Positions 38,282 through 48,800 of a stretch of 64,000 nt of DNA are shown here, in pieces (the stretch's first letter is position 1; the number at the start of each line of letters is the position of its first letter). The DNA comes from Camelus ferus. Lineage: Eukaryota. The translations under genes and the position numbers were made by a program. A model generated the notes under the pieces. The model searched no databases. It saw only the letters and a list, made by a program, of their open reading frames with translations, and was not told the DNA's origin. The DNA lies in contig NC_045696.1 in NCBI RefSeq assembly GCF_009834535.1, positions 94,304,001-94,368,000 of the forward strand, given 5' to 3'.

Positions 38282-41200
38282 TACTTAGTTGACTGGAAGA
38301 AAGTCAAATGGTTTTTGAAGCAAAAATAAATGGTCATTTCTAGGTGTTTCTCTCTTCTCTCACTTAAAAATAAGGCCATTGACAGCAGGGATCATGTCTT
38401 ATACTTCATTTTATTTCCCTTGATCCTTCATAATGCTTTGTACTAAGCAGACATACAATGTAAAATTTGTAGATTAAAAAAAACTTGAAAATCATACACT
38501 TTATTCTCACAAAGAGATCAGAGCATTTTTAATGTTTAAAACAGATATACTTCACAGAGCTTCCACAGAATAAGAGTTGTAAAGTAGTAATCATTCAAAT
38601 GACTTACCCGAGGTCATAGTTAATAAGACAATAGATTTTCCACTTACATAATGTCTTTCTGAGAGAAGATAGATGAAAAAGTAGTTTCTAAGTAAGGCAA
38701 GAGGAAAATGCAAACATATTACTAAGGATTTCTTTCAGTAGCAAAGTTGAGTTTTCCCATATAATATAAAACCCCAAAGAGGGGGCTTAATGAATCTCTG
38801 GGTTGTAAGATATCAAACACAAAGATCTAGATAGCTACAGTCACGTTAAATAAATAAATAAAAATAAAGCTTATTTATATCATGTTTCCTTTGGGATTTA
38901 TTTGTGTAAGGAATTAAGTTTAGGAAAATGTGCAGTCTAACACCATATTCAATTAGGTATTTGAAAACTATGTTTTGATATCACTTATTAAAAAAAAAAC
39001 ACCAAAAAACAAAAAGGCACTTAATGCATCATTGACAAGAGTCCTGGTTTTGATCAAGACCATGCTTCATTCACCCTGAAGAATGAGAGCATGGTGCCCC
39101 CATTGTGCTTCCTAATGACCCGTCTCTCTATGTGAGAAATGTAATTGTCACTTCACAAAACCGCACATGATGTTAGATTAAGTCTTATATTTCTACATTT
39201 TGGCAAAAGCAAGAGTGTTCTCATTTGTACAATAAATGTGTTTAGTTTTAAAAATACAATTTCTTCTAGTGCAATGAAGATATTTAAAGTAATACTGAAA
39301 GCTTTAAGTTTTATTTATGGAAAAACAACATAATTCTAAATTACTTATGTAAATATGTTCAGATGCATTCTATACACATATCCAAATATAATTCATTGAA
39401 AACAATACAGTTAATCTGTTGCCAACGCCAGTAACAATAGATCTGATCTTACAATATTTCAAAAAGATTGCTTTTTCAGGTTGGAGATTACATGTTTATA
39501 ACTTAGAAGAGCAGATACCAATTTACATAAATAAATGATTTAAAGGATAAAATCCTATCAGAAATGCTAGTAGGAAGAATTGCAGAAGCACCTTTGATAT
39601 ATTTTAAGTAGGTTTGATTTTTGTTGTTGAATAGAGATATTCAAATCTGCTGTTCTGCAGCAGTTGTTGTTAATAAGCTAGGAAACCTTTATTTACAGAG
39701 ATGATCGCTGTGCTGAGTTTGGGTTCATACAATTTGAGTGCCATTGGTAACGAATAAAAGAATTCGCAAATGTGGGCGTTTACCTTCTGGACAGAGTTAG
39801 TGAACCTGGGGTGTTCAGGGCTTGAGGGAATGTTCTGGCAGTTAGCCAGGCAGTCGTAATTTTTTAAAAATGATATCTTCCTTGGGTACTTTAAAAAAAA
39901 AAAAACAGGGCTGAATAAAGGAGAGGTGGTGTTTTGAGGTTTCTGCTACTACGGAAATTGCAAGGTGTTTGGCTCCTCTAATTGTTGATTTCCTATCTGT
40001 CGTCAATAGTGATAGCTATTTGTGGAATTGGGGTGGGGGGTTATATGAGAAAAGGGATGTGAGAGTTGAGCACAGGGCCTAGGATCCTGGAGGAACAGTG
40101 GATGTTGGTTCCTCCTCTCACCTACCTTCTTAGGTGACTTCCAGCTTCTGGTTATCTCCTGCTCCTCCCAGCCTGAACACAAAATGACCTCTCCCTGGTG
40201 GTATCTCTGGTTCTGCCTTTGCCCAAGGATTTCAATGAATGGTGCTAAATCTTCTGAGTAGAATTATAGTCATCATTATATTCCCGAACCAACTCAGGGG
40301 GGAAAATCCTGCTATTATACAATGTACCTGAAGTAGGAGAACAGACATCCTCTGAATGTGGCCCATCCCTAAACTTACTTACACCTTCCGTATCACCTTA
40401 CCTTCTCCACTAGCTTTGTAGGAAAGAATGTCTTTAAGTTCAGTAGAGGACGTAAGATGGGTTGTTTGTTCTGTGGAGTGGAGGGGGGCATCAGTGATAT
40501 GCCAGTTTAGGCTGTTTCTTGAAAGAAAGAACCCCTCAGTTCCCCAGAAGAAAGATGATGTGGGTAAAGATCCCAAAGTAGAGAGTACAAAACTTTGACA
40601 ATGGTTGTGGACTTCATACAAATCTTAATGTTCTATATTTTCTGTTACTGGTTTATAAGAATATTCCTATCCCTCTGTGATACAATTAGAGCAATAACCA
40701 GGAAGTTGGCTAATTAAAAGTTGTTCATTAATGGAAGACAAAGGAAAAGAACTGCTACTTACCATTTGAAAATAATCATTAACATGGTATAAATGAAATA
40801 GTTATAGTTACTTACCATAGTGTTAGTAGGTAATGAATCATAGACTTTAGGAAGAAATAGTCAAAAACTGAATTACTGGCATATTGCCTTTTGAGTTGTC
40901 ATAAAAATTTAGGACAAAGTAGTATTAATTGCTTAATGACAAATGATTTAATAAAAACACTATGCTTATTTGTTAGGGCTTCTAAATGTAAAATAATGTA
41001 TACATGTGAAAGTCTTTGAACTCAAAGTATTTCTGAGATACTAAAGGCTATAGTTTTCAGTGAATCCTTTTTAGTAACAAATCTGATTTTTTCTACTTAC
41101 TAAAAGTGATTTTTCCCATACTATTAATGATGCTGTATATGTTTTATGGATAAACTCCGTAAAGGCAAAAGCAGAGATCTTATACACAACTTGATGGAAG

Positions 41201-41929
41201 AAGGCTTTATGCATTGTGCTTCCATAAAAGACAGAGCTAAAAAGTCCTAGAAACATCTTCCTCCTTATTTCCCTCATGTCTGGTGCCCAACAGAAAAAGG
41301 TTCACATTTCCCAATTAAATGTGAGCTCAGAGGCCCAAATAGAATTTAATTTGTGAACATTTTTATATTTCCAACCTCCCATGAAGAGAGAACTGAACTT
41401 CGAAGAAGTTTAAAGTTAAACATAAAATTCTGAAAATGAGACTGTACATATAATTCTTTGACAGAATGGACTACCAAATGAGAGAAAAATATGTTATATA
41501 TCTCAAAGGAAACAAAAGATATGAAGTAGATCTCTGGGAAAACCCTAATAGAAGAATAAAGCCACCAGAGAGACTGTTATTAAGATGCTGTATTTTCAAA
41601 TAAGTCAGCAACATCTTCTGGGACTTCATAAAATGGGATTCAGACCTACTGTTTGACAATGAAGGTAAAAACAGAAGAGAAGATGCAAATGTTTCAGGGT
41701 TGCTCTGATAGAAAATGCTCTCTCAAAAGGATTTTAAAAAATAAGCTAGAGAGGAAAATATACAAGAAAAGGTCACTGTAGGTTCTCCAGGAGATTATTT
41801 CTAGCCTCACAGGAAAATAGATGAGCACAGGGGATATAAGGTTGAACATTTTGAGATTCCAGGAAAATCATGCTAGGAAGAAAACCTGCCTCCTTTCCTC
41901 CCTAGTCTTTCCATCTGCGGACAGAACAC

Positions 41930-42240
41930 ACAGGCTGGCTGTTAATGGACTGGAGTTGGGGCAAAGCTGAAGGCAAAGAAAACAAGTAAGAAGCTTAAAA
42001 ATAGATAAGAGATAATGAGCACCTTGGCTATGGTCGGGTAGAAGAACTGAAGGAAAGTGAGATGATGGATTACATGGCTATTTAGAAAGTTAAATCATCT
42101 AGGTTTGCTGAATAAATGGAGAGGAAGACCAAAAACAAAATCAAAAGACAAAAACAAGAAAGTGGAAAGAGTCCAGCATGACACTCAGGTTTCTGGTTTG
42201 AACAGGAGCAGATTCTAGCCAGTGTGAATGGACATGGAGA
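41930..42240 (-). mobile_element. L2 fragment
   Basis: 'agagtccagcatgacactcaggtttctggtttgaaca'. Confidence 0.5.
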
Positions 42241-42429
42241 AACTCAGCGAACTGCAGTGTGTGATTGGTGTGTAATGCTGACCCACTACATTGGCACAGT
42301 GAGCACTAGGGTTACCAGGGGATGTTTTCTTACTTGATCTCTTTGGTGTGCATGATGTGTCCTCAGTGATTGGGACCTTTCCTGGGGCTCACTAATGTCC
42401 AGATTACTTCAATCAGGAGACAGAGACCT

Positions 42430-42772
42430 CCAGGGTGTAGAGAGGGATGAATAAGTGGAACACAGGAGTTCTAGGCAGTGTAACTACTCAGTGTGTTACT
42501 ATAATGGTGGATACATGTTCCATATTCAAATAAGTAGGATATACAAAACAAAAGTAAATCCTAAAGTCAACTGTGAACTTTGGGTAATAATGATGTCAGT
42601 GTAGGTTCACCAGGTGTCATGATGTAGCCCTCTAAAGGGAATGTTGGTAACGGTGGTGGCTGTGTGTGTGTTACGGGCACAGGGTGTATGGGAATTCTCT
42701 GTACCTTCCATTCAGTTTTACTATGAGCCTCAAACTGCTCTGAAAGTACAATCTAATTGAAAAAAAAAAAAA
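42430..42772 (+). mobile_element. L1MC1-like 3' end with poly(A)
   Basis: 'actataatggtggatacatgt', 'actttgggtaataatgatgtcagtgtaggttca', 'gtatgggaattctctgtaccttcc', then an A-run. Confidence 0.8.
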
Positions 42773-43234
42773 GACAGCTATTGGAGCCAAAGCAAAGTAG
42801 ATATTCACAAGTCGAATGTCTTAGACCTAAGTTAAGAGGTGAGATGGGAGGGGATGGTCTGAAGTGGGAAATAAGTAGTGATCTGTGTTGGGATACTATA
42901 ATGATGGAAGCTGCACCATCTGTTTAGTGGTCAGAAAAAGACAGAATAGAGAGATTTTTGGAGAAGAACCCCAGAGAAAACTAAGTAACATCAAAAACAT
43001 ATTTTTATCTCAGTATAAATACAAGATCTGCCACTATTCCATGGAGGCAACTCTAATTTCTATGTTCCAGAAAAACTCAAGAGCACATAGACACTAACTG
43101 CTCTCTTCTAGGATTTTTAGGGTTTCTTTTTAAGGCTCTCTTAGCCCCTCTAATGCATTACATGGAACACATATCTGAGGAGCATTTTTTCTACTTTGAA
43201 CCCTTGTGACATAATTTCTAGGAACTGAACACTA

Positions 43235-44215
43235 ATGCATTCAATACATTTTAATTGAATACCTATTATTTTCCAGACACTTCTAGGTGGTAAGGATATA
43301 CTAGTAAACAAAATTTTAAAAAAATTACAGTTTCTTGGAGTTTGCATGCAGGTTAAGAGAGAATACAAACATATTACTAGGTGAGATTATAGAACGTAAG
43401 AGCTAAGAATGTTTATGAGGCAGCAGAAGAGGCTAGAGCATTATCAGGGAAGGAGATGGTTGCTCTTTTCCACAGTGTAGTGGGGAGACTTGAGTGAATG
43501 TAGGAGTTAGGTGCGTATCGGGAGGAAAAGGGCTTCAGGCAGAGGGAAGAACAGGACATGTTTGTTAGGTCGAGAAATAGCAAGGAGGCCAGAGAGGTTG
43601 GAATAGAGAGGAGGAAGGTGCCCAGTGGGCAGGTCATCTGGTACCTTCTAGGCTATGTTAGTTATCTTCCGCTACGTAGAACATCTCACTAAAAAACCTA
43701 GTGGCTCAACACAGTAATCATTATTTCTCACACTTCTGTGAGTTCTTGGGGCAGTTCTTCTGCTCGTCTTGCCTGGGCTCCCTCAAAAGCTAAAGTCAGC
43801 TGGCAGCTCTGTTGGAGCTTACAGTCTAGGATGTCCTCACTCACTTGTCCGGGTCCTCAGCTGACAAAATTTTCCACCTTGGCCTGTTTCCATATAGTGG
43901 CAGAAGTATCCCAGGAGGATGAGAGTGGGAGCTTGAGGCCTGCAGCTCTAGTTCCAAGCTTGCTCAAGTTCCCCTCTGACACATTCTAATAATCAAAGGA
44001 AGCCCAGATCCAGGGATTGAGGCTTCTTCACGAGATGAGTAGCAGAGCATCTGGATTTATTTAAAAACCACCTCACAGCCTGTAGTGAGGGCTTAGAACT
44101 GCACTGTGAGAGTCATAAGAAGTGATGGGAATATCTTGATTACAGAGATCTGATGAGCAGGTTTGTTTTTCAGAGATCATGCTGGCTTCTATATGAAGAA
44201 CGAATAAGACACCAC
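43235..44215 (-). mobile_element. L2 interrupted by a MaLR LTR
   Basis: 'caggcagagggaagaacagg', 'gagaaatagcaaggaggccagagaggttggaatag' up to 43655. L2 resumes after 44077 with 'tttcagagatcatgctggct'. Confidence 0.7.
43656..44077 (-). mobile_element. MLT1 (G/H/I-like) solo LTR, ERVL-MaLR
   Basis: TG...CA termini; 'aaacctagtggctcaacacagtaatcattatttctcacacttctgtg', 'gtcagctggcag', 'agcccagatccaggg'. Confidence 0.75.
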
Positions 44216-44399
44216 TTGGAGGCTTACACTGAATAGTAGTCCCTCTAGCATCTATTAACCCTACAGAAAGAAGCTGACAGTTTTTCACAGACAGAACTGT
44301 TCTGGTCATATTCCATGGGTTCCCTCATGATTCAACTTGCTGCAAAGTTGTAAAAATTAGTTAGGACCTAAAATGAAAGCTTGCTTTTCCAGAAAAAGA

Positions 44400-44560
44400 C
44401 AGTGACCTCCAGGTGCTATATTTTCACTTGTACTTATTTTTACTTAAATTTAGTTTTCACATTCAAAAATCAGGAGCTTCCAAATAAAGTCTATGTTTCT
44501 GGTTTCTCTTGAAAAACCAAGTATAGAAATTACATTAAGTTCTCCATGCTGCACTGGGAC
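44400..44560. mobile_element. MER102-like hAT fragment
   Basis: 'aaaaatcaggagcttccaaataaagtctatgtttctggtttctcttgaaaaa'. Confidence 0.45.
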
Positions 44561-45019
44561 TTTGTTATTTAAAATAAGAATATCACGATTATCTCAAACA
44601 AGACATTTAAGTCTTCATCAAAAACTCCAAGTGTGGTGATAATACTCTGGAGTAGAAACAGCCACATTAACTGTGGAAATTCTTGCAGTTCTGTGCACAT
44701 TTGATGGGCATGCATGGATTATGCATGCCATAACTGTGTACAGATGCTAAGTGAAAATTTGCTGTCATTTTCTGATTCTGTATTCATTTTTTGTTGTTGT
44801 CATCCCAGCAGTCTTCCATACTGTAAATACAGGTGAGAAGGCTAAATACTGAGTGAATTTAATTAAAAGACAGAACAGAAGAGGACTAGGAAGGAGTGTT
44901 GGGTAGGTGAGAAGAGAGGACAGAGTTGGAGACTTTCCGCTGCCCAGGAGAGAAATCTTAAGGCTGATGGAACATAATGATCATCTATTTCAGTTTCTCC
45001 TTTTAAGAGTCAAGAAAAT

Positions 45020-45285
45020 GAGCCTTGCAAATGCCCCATTCTGGAGGCTAGTGGGCAGAATGCAGCCTACAATAGTTGTATTTTGCCTTCAATGCATTTT
45101 ATTGTTAGTCATGTTTAGTCTTCAACGTCCAAAAATCAGCTTTTACATCAACCCATATTTCTGGCTTCTCTTGGACCATCAAGTTACCTTAGAATACTAA
45201 GTTTTTCACAGCCTTCCCCACCAAGCCTGCCTCAGTCACTTCCAATCTTACTTGAACTTGAGTGACATTTTATTGCAGCCTCTGG
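45020..45285. mobile_element. MER102-like hAT MITE
   Basis: 'ggcagaatgcagcctac...aaaaatcagcttttacatcaacccatatttctggcttctcttg'. Confidence 0.5.
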
Positions 45286-48244
45286 GTCATACAAGACTTA
45301 GTGGTAGAGATGAGGCCAGAAGCTCTAAACCCATGGTTCCTTCTGATTCTTTTTTTCTTGCCTTTCTTTGTGATTCTAGTTTAACTGATTTTTTTTCCCC
45401 AGACAATAAATAGCCATTAAAATCCTGTTTCTCCAAATTGGGTAAAGATATTTGTGGATATTGCATCTTAATAAAGACACTTCCCACCCTTTTCATTTAA
45501 AAAATTCTGTAACTCACTGAACAAAAGGCAGATAGGCCATTTCAGAGTTATGAGCCTGAGGGGTCATCAGCAGACAATGACAGGGCAGAGTGATTCCCTC
45601 CCCACTGAGGTGCACTGTGAGAGTGACTCCAGCTGAAAAGAAGCCATTAAGAAACTCATAATCATCATACCTTGTACTGTCTCACCTCAGAGTCTACTCA
45701 TTAGAAAGCATCCCATCTTTTAGCCTTTTATTAATATGCTTTAAAAAAACACCATTGCCTGCTGTGTGCAGAGGTGAGTTAGGCATATGGTGGAATAAGG
45801 TTCCTGCTGCCAAGCAACAAATTAAAACAAAAACTGTCCATGTAGAGTCTTATCTGACTTCTAGACGATGCATTACATGCATTAGTTTTGACAAATTCAG
45901 CTAAAGCAGTGTGCTCATAAAAGGGTTCTTGTTCATTTTAAACCGTGTTTTTTTTTTTTTGAAAAACAGATGAAATCTTGTAATATGGTTTGACATATAT
46001 TTATGTGGAATGCTTACTGCTTTTTTAAAACTTTTTTTTAAATTAAATATCTACTTAGCCTCATCATGGCCATGCTGCATTTTACAGGATGGTTTGTAAT
46101 TAGCAACTTCATGTCTTTGAGACTTATGTTAAAGAAAACTCAGAGCTACTTCAAGTATCAGAGAGAGGGATACAAAATGTCCCGAAGTGTGTCCAAAATA
46201 ACATACCCCATTCACTGCCACTGAGGTAATTAATTGCCTATTTCTGTACATTGTCACATATGCGTGACACGATCAGCACACCTACAAATGCTCAGAATGA
46301 CTGTCTCCAGATTTTTCCAGAAAAATTACTATTAAGTAGCACCTAAAAACTATTAAAGCCATATTATTAACCAAAAAGAATAGTAGGTTCTGTAATAAGA
46401 GGTGTAGTCACCTCTTCTGCCAGCAAGAATTCTGTCACTCCATTGAAATTCACATTGCTATAAATGATAGAATTAAAATACTCATCTTTGATTGTCTTGC
46501 TATACTTGAAGGGACTGATAGTTTCAAGCATCAGTCTCAGATGATGTCTAAGATGCCTTTGAACAATTGCTTTCTGTTTTGACATCTTTCTTGGCCTATG
46601 ATCAAACTGTGTGGTGCCCTGGAGTCCCTATCCTGGAGCTTCCCTTACCTATACTTACTGCCCTGCTAATGATGAAGCTTATATAGACTTCTTACTCTAT
46701 CTGGCTCTTCGTCTAAGTTACTGGTTATTAAATCGGCTTATATATGATTAGCAAGATGATGTCTGTAAGTCTTCCAGTAAGTTCCAGACTATCTCTGAGT
46801 ACACAGAAGGTGTCGAGTCTGAAAAGGTAAAGGAGATAAAATTCCTCCCAAGGGGGATGCCTATATTCCTATATTTAGGAATATTAAAATCCTTCTAAAC
46901 CAGGCTCCATTTGCCTTTTAAATCTGGCCTTGATGTACCTCTGCTCCAGCCAGACTGGTCCACCAATGGGGTCTGCGCATGCCTTCAGCTTTCCTGCTTT
47001 ATTCGATTCTATCTGAGTCCTCAGTCCTGTCACCTCTGTCAACTTTCACTCATCTTTCAGGACTTGGTTTGCATCCCTCAGATCTTGTTTATAAGATCTG
47101 TTTTTGGTAAATTGAACTGATCTCTGAAAAGTCAGTTCCATGCCCTGAGCTATGCATTGGGGCTTCAAAGATGGCAACACCTGGTTCCTGTTCTCAGGAA
47201 GTTTTCTCTTTAGCAGGAGAGACCGTGAGCCACACCGTGCACCCAGGGCTTTGACAGAGAAATTCCCAGAGGGCTGTGTGTGTTTGAAGGGGAGCTCTGG
47301 CCCCAAAGATGAGGCAAGTGGGAGCAAAGCTGGATCATTAGAGGTCACTGAGGAAGGGGTGCATAGAGACGACCATAGCAGATAGCAAGGAGGGAGCAGG
47401 GGCTCAGAGAAATGAAGATGGGGTTCTCCTGGGCTAGTACAAGTCCTGAAGTGGGAGGGAAAAGTGATGGGAGATGCAGCCAGAGGTGAGCAGGAGGAAG
47501 ATCTTAAGGATCTTATCGCTTATGTGAAGCAGTTTGAATTACATACTGAGTTATCAGGAAGCACGGAAATGATAAGTGAGATCATCTCGAAAGTCTCTTC
47601 CAGATCTGAAATCCTTAATTCTCTGACCCCAGCTCTCTTCTACTTCATACACTTTCCCCAAACTAACTTGAATGGCGTAGTGTTCTTATTTCTATTTCTA
47701 TCATATCCTTTACAATGGACTCTGTGTATAGTAGGTGATTAAAAGTTGCTTGTCAGCTTTCTATTTTCCTTTAAAAGCATCCTCTGGGAGGCAGAAACCG
47801 TATAAAACCTGCTGTTTTACCACACAGCACCTAGTGCTATACATATATATTAAATGAGTGAATGAAAGACGTGGGTGGGGCCCCAGCCTGAATCTATGGC
47901 GTCTCCCTTTCCATAGCCACGAGATTTAAATTAAGAGCCTGAATGAAAACACATATCCTTCAATTTTTGCTGCACAGAGACTGGCTGAAAGCTGCTGAGA
48001 TGCCAGGACTGGGATGGGACATACAACATTGATCATGACTGTTAGAGTCACTGCCCCCTTGAATTTTATTTTCTACCTTTTCTCTTGCCTCTCCATCCTT
48101 ACCCGCTGTGATTACAAAGGTTCAGCAAAATTAGACACCCCTCTCACGTAAAATCATGGGAAACAATGTGAAAGAATCTGGTACCCTGCTTGAAATTTAA
48201 TTGTTCTTTATATTTCCATTTTTGTTGTTGCCACAATTTCTGGT

Positions 48245-48410
48245 GTCATGGGAAGAGCATGGAATGCCATGTGAGATGGACTGGGTTGAGATCTTCCTTC
48301 CGCCATGAATAGGTGTGTTTTCTTGCACATCTACTTTTGTTCTTTAAATCTGTTTATCCATCAGAAAAACTGAGCTCGTGAGGACAGCACATGGTATTTG
48401 TTGGATGCAT
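48245..48410 (+). mobile_element. MIR fragment
   Basis: 'ggtgtcatgggaagagcatgga...gactgggttgagatc...tctgtttatccatc'. Confidence 0.55.
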
Positions 48411-48664
48411 GGTAGATGCGAGTTTCCCATTCTTCCGATTGTTTTCTCTAAGGATGTTGATTTTTGTCATGGAAGCAGAGTGATGAGAGGAACTTGCGGT
48501 AAGGCCGTTTGAGGTTCCCCGGCGGCAGATGTCCGAGCGGCACAGAGTCAGCTTAGGCCTATACCACATGGCACAGCGATGGGCAAATGCCAGAACTAAC
48601 TGTCAAAGCAATTGGGTCGTAAGAATGGAAGTTTTATCTCTTGTTTGATCAGATGTGAGTATTA

Positions 48665-48800
48665 AATGTTTTGCAATAACCCTGAGGGGCAGGTATCACT
48701 CATCTCCACTTCACAGATGAGAAAACAGGCTCAGAGAAGCAAACTTGCCCAACAGTCATGCACAAACTGAGATTTGATTCCAAGTACATTCATCAAAGGC
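48665..48800 (-). mobile_element. MIR SINE
   Basis: 'caataaccctgaggggcaggtatc...cacttcacagatgagaaaacaggctcagaga'. Confidence 0.8.

Noticed and set aside
39699..39746. 48-nt + strand exon candidate (MIAVLSLGSYNLSAI)
   Set aside because: Short pyrimidine tract, weak donor TTG|GTAACG, unrecognised peptide. Expected by chance in 64 kb.
41605..41664. 60-nt + strand exon candidate (SNIFWDFIKWDSDLLFDNE)
   Set aside because: Poor acceptor (aaataag) and donor GTAAAA; no recognised homology.
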